Of a stretch of 64,000 nt of DNA, positions 1-13,244 are shown one piece after another (within the stretch, counting starts at the first letter, position 1; every line of letters begins with the position of its first letter). Origin of the DNA: Octopus vulgaris (taxonomy: Eukaryota); the NCBI GenBank assembly GCA_951406725.2, contig OX597838.1:33976001-34040000 (forward strand), read 5' to 3'. Position numbers and translations under genes: made by a program. The notes beneath the pieces were generated by a model. That model did not search any database. It was not told the origin of the DNA and saw nothing but the letters and a program-made list of their open reading frames with translations.

Positions 1-529
1 TAGTCACATGATTCTGGGTTCAGTCCCACTGCGTGGCACCTTGGGCAAGTGTCTACTATAGCCTCGGGCTGACCTAGGCCTTATGAGTTGATTTGGTAGA
101 CAGAAGCTGTAACAAGCCCATCATATATATATATGTGTGTGTGTTCCTCACCACCACTTGACAACCTGTAACTTAGCAATTCAGCAAAAGAAATCAACAG
201 AAAATGTATTTAAAAAAAAAATTACTAGAGTTGATTCATTCAACTAAAAATTTTTCAAGGTGGTGCCCCATTATGGCCGTAGTCTAATGACTGAAACAAG
301 TAAAAGGTAAAAGGTTAGTTTAAAACAAAGTGCAACTCTGAGTAATCTGGTGTGACATAAACCCAGTATAACATGGATTATGTTGTCCTTTATGTTCTGT
401 CTTAACGCACGAGTTTGGCTCAGTCAGAATCATAAAAAAGTTGGAGGGTGAAAGAAAACCAGTCCAACTGGTTATAACTCTTTATATTGTTTGTTTTCAT
501 GTCTGAGTATTAAGAGGAGAGGAAAACCC

Positions 530-596
<67 letters not shown>

Positions 597-795
597 GTTA
601 ATCCAAACATGAAAGCACAAAGAGAAAACACAACAATGCGAGGACGTGGAACAAATATAGTATTATTGGATGCTCAGGAAAGAAGGAGGGTTTAACGTTT
701 CGAGCGGAGCTCTTCGTCGGAAACATACGAGAAGGAAAAATCCAGAGAAGGGAAGACGGAGGAAAAAAAATTGCCAACGGTACACACGAGGTCAC
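597..795 (-). mobile_element. Short Penelope-type non-autonomous repeat with minimal hammerhead motif (copy 1), abutting (TA)n
   Basis: Near-identical to 20926-21120. Minus strand contains GTTT-CCGACGA-A-GAGC-TCC-GCTC-GAAA-CG-TT-AAAC at 690-724. Confidence 0.65.
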
Positions 796-1945
796 GGGTA
801 CACAAGAGAAACAGAATTTTGCAATATCATTTTATTTAATTAGTTTTACATGTTTACACTTTTCTCACCTTCAAAGTATTCTCCATTTGAAGCAATGCAT
901 TGGTGTTAGACGCATTTTCCGCTGTTCAAAGCAGTGGTGGAATTCTTGCAAAGTAAAGACCTTCGAAAAAGGTCCGGTTCAACTTGCGACTGTTCTTTCA
1001 GTTTGCAACACGCATTAGCACGTAAGAAGCACCATCCGAACGTGGCCGATGCCAGCGCCGCCTTGACTGGCTTCCGTGCCGGTGGCACATAAAAAGCACC
1101 AACCTGTAACTTAGCAATTCAGCAAAAGAGATCAATAGAAAATGTTTTAAAAAAAAAAATCGTGGTCACTGCCAGACCACTCTGGCATCTGTGCTGGTGG
1201 CACGTAAAAAGCACCCACTACACACGCGGAGTGGTTGGCGTTAGGAAGGGCATCCAGCTGTAGAAACACTGCCAGATCAGACTGGAGCCTGGTGCAGCCT
1301 CCTGGCTTCCCAGACCCCGGTCAAACCGCCCAACCCGTGCTAGCACGGAAAACAGACGTTGAACGATGATGATGATGATTCAGTTGTGACTGCTTTTGAT
1401 CTTCTGTGAGCAAAAATTTGGCTGCAATTCTTTTCATTTGCAATTTCTCACTCAAAATTCATTGGCAGGAGCTCCAAGACTCACCAGTCATAACAAGTTC
1501 TTCAATTGTTTGGCGATGGATCCCCAATTTTCTTGATGTTTTCATTCGTTCGGGAGGATGCCCTGAATGAGGTTGGTCTTCAAGCAATAAGTGACCCTTC
1601 CTAAAGTGTCAAAACCACTTGTAAACTTGTGCTTTGTCCATGCCAGTGTCCTTATAAGCTGTTTGAAGCTTGACAACTGTTTTGGCCATGGATTTCCCCA
1701 GCAAAAAACAGAATTTCACAGACACACGCAATTCCTCTGTTTCAGTCATTGCAAAAATTAACAAACCGGGAGAAGCACTGCAAAATAAAGACACACCATG
1801 TGGCAGTATAATTTCACTTGGTGTCACCGGTCGGCATACTGATGCTTCAGGGTCACATCAAGTGGCTTCTAGTGGTGGAAGCTCAAACTACTACAGGCTT
1901 GTCCTACACAGACCATTTCGGGTTACTTTTGGGTACCCCCTCATA
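795..1945 (-). mobile_element. Internally deleted mariner transposon relic, interrupted by an RTE 3' tail (~1008-1380)
   Basis: ORF 1609..1827 gives a mariner N-terminal HTH-like region (RVSVKFCFLLGKS...LQTAYKD...VYKWF). C-terminal CIASNGEYFEG at ~865-900. TIR-like TTACTTTTGGGTACCCCCTCATA at the right end, degenerate partner at ~796. Confidence 0.75.
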
Positions 1946-1958
1946 TATATATATATAC

Positions 1959-2008
<50 letters not shown>

Positions 2009-2312
2009 GTGGAGGCACAATGGCCCAGTGGTTAGGGCAGCGGACTCGCGGTCGTAGGATCGCGGTTTCGATTCCCAGACAGGGCGTTGTAAGTGTTTAT
2101 TGAGCGAAAACACCTAAAACTCCACGAGGCTCCGGCAGGGGGTGGTGGCGATCCCTGCTGTACTCTTTCGCCACAACTTTCTCTCACTCGTTCTTCTGTC
2201 GGCCTGCTTGCTTAGTCAGCTGGGTGGCGTCATTTCAAGGCTAAAACAATACAAAGTGCATTGTGACCAGCGATGTGTAACAGCACCTGATAGCCTGGTC
2301 GATCACGGTGAT
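2009..2312 (+). mobile_element. tRNA-derived SINE (third family; related heads at 37170-37468 minus and 61063-61362 plus)
   Basis: A-box TGGCCCAGTGG and B-box GGTTTCGATTCC; shared body GCTCCACG.GGCTCCGGCAG...CACAACTTTCTCTCACTC in three copies. Confidence 0.8.
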
Positions 2313-2881
2313 ATATATACATATATCACCGTGACCGACCAGACCATCAGATGTTGCTACACATCGCTGGTCACAATGCACTGCACATTGTTCTAGCCTG
2401 GCTAAGCGAGCAGGCCGACAGAAGAAAGAGTGAGAGGAAAGTTGTGATGAAAGAGTACAGTAAAGTTTGTCCTTATAGAACGACCATGTTTAAATGGAGA
2501 TAAGTATTACCTCCACTCTCAGTGTATTGGCCAACCGAGGCCGAGAGTATAAACCATTTCAATCAAGGAAGGTGCCACAGAAAGGGATTGAACTCAAAAC
2601 GAAATAGCTGTTAAGGAAAAACCTAACTACACAGCCATGCCTCTCAGACTGTTACAACACACTGACACACCTCAAAGGGTTGCGGACCACTCTCATATCT
2701 GCTTCATGCTCTGAATGCTTCTTTGTATTAATTCCTGCCATTTAATGTCCTGTTTACTTTCAAACATTTGCTTTTTGCGTAATTTCATAGTCTCAGTGCA
2801 CTGAGTTCAGTTCTGCCTAGGTGAATATTATTTCCTACATTATCAGTCAAGTACATCAACATCAAAAATCAATGGAAATTG

Positions 2882-3208
2882 GGTAAAATTACAAATTAAC
2901 ACCCGCACGATTTTCACTAAGAAGAAAAAAAAAAACTCGGATTTTTTGCGTGGAATCAAGTACCCTGACCTCCTAATATGCTGGAAATCCCATATTTTGG
3001 TTCAGAATTGGTCGGGGGGAGGGGGGTGTTAAACCCTCCCCACGGAATTTTCACATAAAAAAGAACTCTGATTTTTTGCGTGGAATCAACACAAAAAGTC
3101 ATCCCCCCCACCCTTCCGAACCCAAATATAGGATTTACAGCATATTACGAGGTCACAGTACTTGATTCCACGCAAAAAATCGTGCGGGTGTTAATCTGTA
3201 ATTTTACC
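2882..3208. mobile_element. MITE with long terminal inverted repeats and 8-bp TSD (Merlin-like)
   Basis: TIR GGTAAAATTACA.ATTAACACCCGCACGATTTT at both ends. GGAAATTG duplicated at 2874-2881 and 3209-3216. Confidence 0.85.
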
Positions 3209-3826
3209 GGAAATTGTAGTTCAAGTACATCAAGTCAATGGAAATTGCAGTCGTGATCCATGCGCCAGTGGCACGTAAAAAGCACCATCCGAACGTAGCC
3301 GATGCCAGCACCGCCTTGACTGGCGTCTGTGCCAGTGGCACGTAAAAAGCCCCAACCGTTCATGGCCGTTGCCAGCCTCCTCTGGCACCTGTGCCGGTGG
3401 CATGTAAAAAGCACCTACTACACTCACGGAATGGTTGGCGTTAGGAAGGGCATCCAGCTGTAGAAACACTGCCAGATCAGACTGGGCCTGATGCAGGCTT
3501 CTGGCTTCCCAGACCCCTGTCAAACCGTCCAACCCATGCTAGCATGGAGAATGGACATTGAACGATGATGATGATGATCAGACCAGTTGCTAATAATAAT
3601 TTCACTACCACTCTCCTATCACTTTCAATCAACTTTTTCTGATCTTGGCAACTTTTGGCCTTGTTTTTAATCAAATGAAATTTGTACAGTTTTTAGGCTT
3701 CTAAATGGGTTTTAACACTCTCCGGCTCCCTTTTCCTCATTCTCTCATTTCTTTTATTTATAATTAATTGATGTTATGTGTGCATATGTGTATCTGGCTC
3801 TCTTCCTCCCTCTCTCTTTTTATATA

Positions 3827-4243
3827 TATTTCTTTATTGCCCACAAGGGGCTAAACATAGAGAGGACAAACAAAGACAGACAAAGGGATTAAGTCGATTA
3901 TATCGACCCCAGTGCGTAACTGGTACTTTATTTATCAACCCTGAAAGGATGAAAGGCAAAGTTGAACTCGGCGGAATTTGAACTCAAAACGTACCAGCAG
4001 ACGAAATACGTATTTCTTTACTACCCACAAGGAACTAAACACAGAAGGGACAAACAAGGACAGACAAATGGATTAAGTCGATTAGATCGACCCTAATGCG
4101 TAACTGTTTCTTATTTAATCGACCCCGAAAGGATGAAATGCAAAGTTGACCTCGGCGGAATTTGAACTCAGAATGTAATGGCAGACAAAACACCGCTAAG
4201 CATTTCGCCTGGCACGCTAATTGTTTCTGCCAGCTCGCTGCCT
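3827..4243 (-). mobile_element. Nin-domain-like SINE, tandem dimer (representative; others near 11515, 13855, 16222, 22948, 24870, 31425, 33503, 35835, 41790-43550, 44270, 51117, 54657, 61900)
   Basis: Body GAGTTCAAATTCCGCCGAGGTCGACTTTGCCTTTCATCCTTTCGGGGTCGATAAATTAAGTACCAG resembles the recalled Nin/Deu SINE domain; many dispersed copies in the window. Confidence 0.8.
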
Positions 4244-4282
4244 TTTTATATAATATATCTATATCTTTTTATATAATATATC

Positions 4283-4535
4283 TAAGAGCTGTTCGTCACT
4301 CCTGCTCCAGAGCGTCGGCTGAGGGGGGTCATTCCGAAAAGCTCTATCTGCGATGATTTCATCTCAATCGAAGGAGAGGGGCTTTCTCCGTCTGGGTTGC
4401 AGATGCCAAGGTTGCTCGGTTCAAAGTCTCTCTTGACCAGAAATGGCCTGAACTCTTTGCATGAACACCCTCACTGTACATAACTCCATGTCCCCCTACA
4501 TGGCCTTGCTTTTTGCTTTTTGAGCCAAAAAATAA
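4283..4535 (+). mobile_element. 3' end of a LINE-like repeat with A/(TAAC)n tail (related copies ~34706-34874, ~34976-35140, 45893-46178 minus)
   Basis: Four copies share ...CATAACTCCATGTCCCCCTACATGGCCTTGCTTTT.GCTTTTTGAGCCAAAAAA and are variably 5'-truncated. Clade not determined. Confidence 0.65.
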
Positions 4536-4754
4536 CCCTTTCATTACCAACCCGGCTGAAACTGGCTCTGGCTCTGTGGTATAAATGTCTTGTTTTCATA
4601 AGTTTTCAATTAAAATCTTCCACCAAGCCTTAGTCACAATTTATGTTCCTAACACTAGCTGAATGATGACTAAGTTATTTTACTAAATCCTTTGTTGTAT
4701 TTAAAGTAATTGAAAGAAACAGAACATCTCAAAATAAATACAGTAACAAAAGGG
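4536..4754. mobile_element. piggyBac-type MITE (second copy 29536-29757)
   Basis: CCCTTT...AAAGGG ends. TTAA flanks both sides of the 29536 copy and the right side of this copy. The two copies are closely similar. Confidence 0.8.
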
Positions 4755-5093
4755 TTAACTTAACTTAATTAGGTTTTACTGTATTCTCTGGCATGCAAGT
4801 CAACATAGTATATAATGTAAACATTCAACCATCCTCAACATCTTTCCAAATCCTACTGTATTTCATATGGAATTTTTGGCCTTCCAAAGTTGTCTTGGTG
4901 TATTAATCATTCTACCTTGTTTTTTTTCTTTTTCTTTCTTTTTTTTTGGCAGTAAATTTTCGCCTGCAAATTCAACTTGTATGTCAGAAAATTCTCTGTA
5001 ATTAATCCAAGTATTATCTCTCTCTCCCATTATTTGAAATTTTATTTATTTTTCTGTCTCTCTTTTACAGTTTTCATTTCACCAGAACTCAAG

Positions 5094-5928
5094 ATGGGGA
5101 CCTGGACGGAAGATCAAGAGAAAGTGCTCACTGCATTTTGTCCCGATGATCAGTGTAGAGCCAGCCTTTTCTTTGATGAGTCCAGCGAGACAGTTGAATG
5201 CCTGTTATGTGGTCAGTTTCACGAAAAGCACACATTAAAAGATGTCAGGAAGGTTTCCGATTTAAGTGAAGTTTTGAAATTCCTTCGACCGATGCTTCAG
5301 GAGAAACGCACTGAGGAGACGAAAGTCATGGGTATTTCCAATTACGTATGTAAGCTACTGTCTCCCCTTTTCACACAATATGGATTGGACCGGAATACAC
5401 AGAAGGCAAAACTGTTAAGTGAAATGGGTCATGGAAACACGTTCAATTGCAGCCGTCTCAGCTCCCATGCATTTCACATTGACCCCGCCCATTTAAACAT
5501 ACCATATTATGGTACTGACTGCTCCGGAAGTCTCACTTACCTCAGTGAAACACTGAGTATTATCAAAGCTGCAAATGACAACGAAGAAAGACTAGTCCCC
5601 ATTCACACTGACGGAGACGGCCACTGCCTGGTCTATGCTATATCTCGGGCCCTGATTGGCAGAGAACTGTTTTGGCATGCCCTCCGAGAAAACCTTCGCT
5701 GTCACTTTCTAGAAAAGCTGGAAGTTTATAAAATGCATTTTGAAGACTTCATTCATCCCCTTGAGTGGCAGGAAATCATTGCTGAGTGTGAACCAAACTT
5801 TGTTCCCCTTGATGGTGAACCCCTCGGATTGAGGAATATTCATATTTTTGGACTTGCGAATGTTTTGAAAAGACCAATTATTCTTTTAGATTCCATCATT
5901 GGAATCAGAAGCTCAGGTGACTACTCAG
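5094..5928 (+). CDS. VCPIP1: VCPIP1 coding exon 1 (N-terminal Cys-rich region and OTU domain with catalytic Asp/Cys, [10 protein letters not shown])
   Basis: Lies in ORF 4977..5942. ATG at 5094 follows a polypyrimidine/AG acceptor at 5070, implying an upstream non-coding exon. Donor CAG|GTAGGT at 5928. Confidence 0.93.
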
Positions 5929-8900
5929 GTAGGTTTCAATGAAGCTTGTTGTTGTTGTTGTCATTGTTAGTACAGAACCAGACAGATTATCTGACAAATT
6001 TGGGACCAGAAGTGTCCCATATTTCTGTATTGTCTAGTTTTCTGGAAACGGTTTTGAATATATGCTTAAAATAATGTAAAAATGAACAACAGGTGTAGGA
6101 GTGGCTGTGTGGTAAGTAGCTTGCTTATGAACCACATGGTTCCGGGTTCAGTCCCACTGCGTGGCACTTTGGGTAAGTGTCTTCTGCTATAGCCTCGGGC
6201 AGACCAAAGCCTTGTGAGTGGATTTGGTAGACGGAAACTGAAAGAAGCCCGTTGTATATATATGTGTGTATATATATATACATATATATATATGTATGTT
6301 TGTGTGTCTGTGTTTGTCCCCCCAACATCGCTTGACAACTGATGCTGGTGTGTTTACGTCCCCATAACTTAGTGGTTCGGCAAAAGAGACCGATAGAATA
6401 AGTACTAAGCTTACAAAGACTAAGTCCTATGGTCAATTCGTTTGACTAAAGGCGGTGCTCCAGCATGGCCACAGTCAAATGACTGAAACAAGTAAAAGAG
6501 TAATGAAAAGTAAAGAACTAAGTTGTAATTTAACAGGTTCAAATTAATACACATCTAAAGCAAGGTCAGTTTGATATTAATTAATCCATTTAAAATTCTT
6601 AAAATATACCATCTTGTGCCCATATACAGCATTATATTTTTAAGATAAAAATAAAACAGATACAAGTACAAATTAATGCTAAAAACAACAGTATGTTTAA
6701 TCTTTTTATCAATCCAGGGTAAAGAACAAAATTGTTTTTAACACACCATCATCATCATCATCATTTATTGTCTGTTTCCCATGCTGGCATCAGTTTGACA
6801 GGAGCTGACAGGCCAGAGGGCTGCATCAGTTTCCAGCCTTATGTTTTGACATGCTTTCTACAGCTGGATACCCTTTCTAATGCTAACCACTCACCAAAAT
6901 GTACTGGGTGCTTTTTATGGGGTGCTAGCACAGGATATGACACCGATGCAAATTAACCAACTTCATAATCATGGTGCTTACTCAAAACAGGGTACATCAT
7001 CATCATCATCGTCATCGTTTAACGTCCGTTTTCCATGCTAGCATGGGTTGGACGGTTTGACCGGGGTCTGGGAAGCCAGGAGGCTGCACCAGGCTCCAGT
7101 CTGATCTGGCAGTGTTTCTACAGCTGTATGCCCTTCCTAACACCAACCACTCCATGAGTGTAGTGGGTGCTTTTTACGTGCCACCGGCACAGGTGCCAGG
7201 GGAGGCTGGCAGCGGCCATGATTGGTTGGTGCTTTTTACATGCCACCGGCACAGAAACCAGTCAAGGTGGCGCTGGCATCGGCCACGTTCAGATGGTGCT
7301 TTTTACGTGCCACCGGCACAGGTATCACAACTACTATTTCCATTCGATATTTATTTCGATGTTCATGTACTTGACTCAATAGGTCTCCTCAAGCACAGCA
7401 GGTCGTTCTGCAATCCAAGGTACTTTGAATGGGCTGGGGCTATGCGAAACTGGTGCAGGAAGCAGCCCGGGTCTTTGCAGTCACAGCATATCTCCAGAGA
7501 TCTCGGTCCTTCGTCATTGCCTCTGTGAGGCCCAACGCTTGGAGGTCATGCTTGACTACCTCATCCCATGTCTTCCTGGGTCTACCTCTTCCCCTGATAC
7601 CTTCAACTGTTTGGGAGCGCCACTTCTTCACACATCTCTCCTCATCCATCCGCAGTACATGACCATACCATCGCAAGCGTCTCTCTTGCACACCACATCT
7701 GATGCTTCTTATGTCCAGCATTTTTCTCAGGGTGCTTACACTCTGTCATGTGTGCACACTGACATTACACATCCAGCGGATCATGTTAGCTTCATTTCTT
7801 TCAAGTCTACGCATGTCCTCTGCAGTCACAGCCCATGTTTCACTACCGTGAAGCATGGCAGTTCGCACACATGCATCATACAATCTACCTTTCACAATCT
7901 ACCTTTGTTGCCAGTAGGGGTAGGAGCTTTCTAAACTTTGCCTAGGCTATTCGTATTCTAGTGGTGGCACTCTCTGAGCATCCACCTCCACTACTAACTT
8001 TGTCACCTAGGTAGCGGAAACTATCAACTACTTCTAGTTTCTCCCCCTGGAGTGTGATGGAATCTGTTTTCTGAGTATCTGTGGTGTCTATTGTCCCTGT
8101 GCATCTGCCGCACATGAAAGCTATCTTATCAGTTAATTTCCCTTTGATGTTGCTGCACCTCTTATGCGTCCATAGCTTACACTGGGTACATCTTATGGAG
8201 TTTCTACCTACACCTTTCTTACAGATCGAGCAGGGCCACCTGCCCGAGGGTGTGTATGATGAGTTCGCCTTTCTGCTTACTATAACTTTGGTCTTTGCTA
8301 CATTTACTCTAAGGCTCTTTGATTATAAACCTTGCTTCCACACCCGAAATTTCTTTTCTAGTTCCGGTAGTGATTCTGCTATGAGGGCCAGGTCATCAGT
8401 ATAGAGGAGCTCCCAGGGGCAACCTGTTTTGAATTCCTCTGTTATTGCCTGGAGGACTATGATGAATAAGAGGGGACTGTGGGCTGAACCTTGGTGGACC
8501 CCTACTTCTACCCGGAATTCTTCACTATATTCATTGCCAATCCTAACCTTGCTGACAGCCTCTCTGTATAGGGCCTGTACAGTTGTCGAACCAGGAATAT
8601 GGCATCAGTGGTGCTTCTACCTGGCACAAAACCGAACTGCATCTCATCTAAGCAAATTCTCTCCCTAATGAGATGGGCTATGACCCTCTCTGTGACCTTC
8701 ATCACCTGATCCAACAGTTCAATACCCCTGTAGCTATTTCTATCTAGAGCATCACCTTTACCCTTGTAGCAGTTGACTATGGTGTTGCTACGCCAGTCAT
8801 TGGGTATGACTCCATTATGGTTTACAATACAGGTGACTAGGCCATCGCCCACACAACCAAATGTTTTAAGCATCTCAGCAGTGATTCCTGATGGGCGGGG

Positions 8901-11900
8901 GGGGTTCTGGTTTCATATCCTTAATTGCCTCAACTACTAGGGAGCTGTCTATTCGGATAGCTGGTCCCTCTACTGGGTCAACATTTGGCAGGCTCTCCTC
9001 CTCCCATTCATTTTCCACATTCAGCAGTCTCTCATAATGGCTTCTCCAAGCCTTTTTCTTTTCAGAAACATTAAAAGCAAGTGCCCCATCATCCATGCGG
9101 ACGCATTTCTCTCCTGTGACATCACTATTTTCTCTCACACACTGTCTAGCAATCCGAAATACCTCAGTTCTTTGGTCCTCACGTCGCTGGACATTGGCAA
9201 ACTTCTTCTTTTCTGCTTCATCTTTGGCTATGTATACCTGCCGCCCAGCCTCCCTTTTGGCTACCTGGTACAGTTCCCTGCTACCCCATCCCTCCAGGCT
9301 TTCCAGGCCTGTTTCTTTGCTCTAATGGCTTTGTCTACTGTACTATTCCACCACCACGTAACTCTAGGCACAGTATTTCTATATATATAAACGGCAAAAT
9401 GTCTGTGTGTGTGTCCTTTATACAAATCCACAATTTTTCAGTTAGAGGGCTCGCACTTTCTATGGTCATTCAAAACCATCCAAGGGTGGTCGTACACATC
9501 TTTACATTTCCCCAGTCACCCCGCAAAGCCATTAAAAAATCAATAGAAGTGACTTTTTTGTGAATTTTCTATCCCAAACCCAATCAAAATGCCTGAAACT
9601 TGATATGCTAATTGAATGCCAGCTAGCTGTATGTGATTGGTCGGAGATTTGGACAGTACTCGCGTGTATGTGCGCACGCACACAGCTGTATATGCATGCA
9701 CTAGCACTATGACCCAGTGTTGCCGGGTCATAGTGCTAGTTGTATAATATGTATGAAGTGCAATGTGCTCAAAGTCAATGGAACCTGTGTGAGAGGGAGA
9801 CACGAGAACTTGTGGTGAAGGCAGATCCAAACCTGTTAAACCTCGCCCAAGATAATAAAGGACTATGTTGATGGGCAGCACACTGTGTGAGAGGGACCTA
9901 CTCTCTTGCTCATACACGGTGGAAACAAACATTGGAATTATGTGATGTATATTTGTATAGGTGCAGACATGGCGGTGTGGTAAGAAACCCTACCTTCCGT
10001 GTTCTTTTACAGAGCTTAGGAAAACTGAAGGACCACTGCAATAAGTGTTTGAATCTGAGAGGGGAATATGTTGAATAAAATCATAGTTAACCGATTCCCC
10101 AGTATTTTCTTTTACCAAAAGCCAGGAGCTTTTTAGCACCGCTTGTGTGTATATACTAGCAGTATCGCCCGGCATTGCTCGGGTTTGTTTTGACCCTTTA
10201 GAATTGGAATTTTTGAAAAGTAAAAATTTTGCATTACGTAGCTTGTTATTCTCTTTAAGTGAACATTTTCCTGGTTGAAATACACCGAAAAATGGCGACA
10301 CATAGGCGCAGGAGTGGCTGTGTGGTAAGTAGCTTGCTAACCAGCCACATGGTTCCGGGTTCAGTCCTGCTGCGTGGCATCTTGGGCAAGTGTCTTCTGC
10401 TATAGCCCCGGGCCGACCAATGCCTTGTGAGTGGATTTGGTAGACGGAAACTGAAAGAAGCCTGTCGTATATATATATATATGTGTGTTTGTGTGTCTGT
10501 GTTTGGCCCCCTAGCATTGCTTGACAACTGATGCTGGTGTGTTTATGTCCCCGTCACTTAGCGGTTCGGCAAAAGAGACCGATAGAATAAGTACTGGGCT
10601 TACAAAGAATAAGTCCCGGGGTCGATTTGCTCGACTAAAGGCGGTGCTCTAGCATGGCCGCAGTCAAATGACTGAAACAAGTAAAAGAGTAAAGAGAGTA
10701 CAGCAGTAAAAAAATCATAAAAAATAGGGATTTTCATAGAAAAAAAAGCACCTTTTTGATGTAAATAATTTTTATGGTCCGATTTGAATTTTTTCTTTTA
10801 CGGAAGGAAGAGCAAGCCTTCTATCATACTCTCAATTTTGGTCAACTTGCGCTGCAGGGTGTCGGAGGAGATAGTGTTAGTTGAAGGCTACCAAACCCGC
10901 CACACACAGACAACTTCAGCTTTATATATCATCATCATCATCATCGTTTAACGTCCGTTTTCTGCGCTAGCACAGGTTGGACGGTTCGACCGGGGTCTGG
11001 GAAGCCAGAAGGCTGCACCAGGCCCAGTCAGATCTGGCAGTGTTTCTACAGCTGGATGCCCTTCCTAACGCGAACCACTCCGCGACAAAAGTCAACAAAA
11101 GGAGTACAGTCGGATATTTATTTTTCAATCACTACAATTTTTTTCTAGGCAATGTAGTTCTCCAGGCATGCAGGTACTTGAATATGCAAACGTTTCCCTG
11201 CATTATGAGATCTAGTTGGGTTTCCTCAGCTGATATGTAACTATTGTCTCTGTAAGTTCAGATTCTTGGCTTCAAGAACATCCTCTGTGTCTGTCATGGC
11301 CTGAATTTAGTAGTAGCCAATGAGTTTATTAAGGTGTGTTGTAGCTGAAGGACCGTTGGCAGGCTATTATCTGCTCACACACAACAGATGCCCAAATGCA
11401 AGCCTGGAAGTACATAGAATACTACTACTGGAGAATACAGGATGAAATCCGAAGGTGGACGAGCTTTATACTGTATTCTATGTTCTTAACAGAATAAACC
11501 ATAACTGTATATATCTATTTCTTTATTGCCCACAAGGGGCTAAACATAGAGGGGACAAACAAGGACAGACAAAGGGATTAAGTCGATTTCATCGACCCCA
11601 GTGTGTAACTGGTACTTTATTTATCGACCCTGAAAGGATGAAAGGCAAAGTCGACCTCGGCGGAATTTGAACTCACAGCGTAACGACAGACGAAATACGG
11701 CTACGCATTTCGCCCGGCCTGTTAACATTTCTGCCAGCTCGCCACCCATAACTGTTTATATCATCATCATCATCCTTTAACATCTATTTTCCATGCTTGC
11801 ATGGGTTAGATAGTTTGATCAGGGCTTCCAAGCAGGAGGGCTGCACCAGGTTCCAGTCTGATTTGGCCTGGTTTCTACAGCTGGATGTCCTTAATGCCAA

Positions 11901-12678
11901 CCACTTTACAGAGTGTACTGGGTGCTTTTACAGGGCACCAACACAGAGCTCTTACAGGCCAATCCTCTTTAGCACCAGGATCCAGTCTGATTCGGCCTGG
12001 TTTCTACAGCTGGATGTTCTTAATGCCAACCACTTTACAGAGTGTTCTGGGTGCTTTTACATGGCACCAGCACAGGGCTCTTGCAGGCCAATCCTCTTTA
12101 GCAGAAGTGATATTAACTCTTCTGCTGTGGAGGGTATGGGTCCTCTTGAGTACAGCAAGGCACCAGATATTTCAATCCTTTGTCATGTCCTCTGTAAGGT
12201 TCAGTGTCCTGAGACTGTCCTTCATACGATTGGTTTCTTTCACTTTCTATCAACCTCATTCTCTGATTTTTTTTTTTTTTAGTCTTTTCCTCAGGGGAGG
12301 TCCTTACTTTGCCTCAACTCACCTATGTTCTTATTTTCATGATATAAGTATTCTCCCAGTGACCAAGTCTTGTTCTTACGCTAATTTATTGGAATTGTTC
12401 TCCTAGTACCGACTACAGCTAAGATACTGAGTGGAATTATTTATTTCTCTGCTTATTTATTCAGTTCTGTCTGTCTATCATATCTGTCTAGCATCTGCAA
12501 GGTTATGAAAGTGAGAGAACGGGTTGTGTGAGGTCTGGGAGGAGCAGAGGCCATTAAAGTCTGTGCAGAAAAGGCAAAGAGACGAGACATTGTGTCTGTG
12601 TTTGCAGAATGAGTTCAAGGCAATCAGTTCATTCAACTTTGCCTTAATGTGGTCTACAACATGTGTGTGTGTGTAAGG

Positions 12679-12744
<66 letters not shown>

Positions 12745-12749
12745 CTCTC

Positions 12750-12784
<35 letters not shown>

Positions 12785-12787
12785 ATA

Positions 12788-12818
<31 letters not shown>

Positions 12819-12845
12819 ATATGTATGTACATGTATGTGTATATG

Positions 12846-12883
<38 letters not shown>

Positions 12884-13207
12884 TATATGTATATATCTGT
12901 ATATATGTATGTATACATGTATATATCTGTATATATGTATGTATATATGTATATATCTGTATATATATATCTGTATATATGTATGTATATATGTATATAT
13001 CTGTATATATGAATATATCTGTATATATGTCTATATGTGTATATATTTATATATCTGTATATGTATATATGTATCTGTATATATGTATATATATATATAT
13101 GTATCTGTATATATGTATATATATCTGTGTATGTATATATATATATATCTGTGTATGTATATATATCTGTGTATATATATATATATATATCTGTGTATGT
13201 ATGTATG

Positions 13208-13244
<37 letters not shown>

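Noticed and set aside
2009-2085. Possible tRNA genes at SINE heads (also 6091, 25109, 61063)
   Set aside because: No complete acceptor stem, and each continues into a SINE body.
4977-5093. N-terminal extension of the 321-aa ORF
   Set aside because: Starts at TTG and runs through a polypyrimidine tract and AG acceptor at 5070, so it is intronic or UTR. The ATG at 5094 is preferred.
6066-6436. Recurrent ORFs such as [40 protein letters not shown]
   Set aside because: Antisense translations of the abundant SINE; the recurrence reflects repeat copies, not a gene family.
7112-7528. Recurrent ORFs such as [13 protein letters not shown]...GAFYVPPA
   Set aside because: Antisense translation of the RTE 3' UTR modules; frames and lengths differ between copies.
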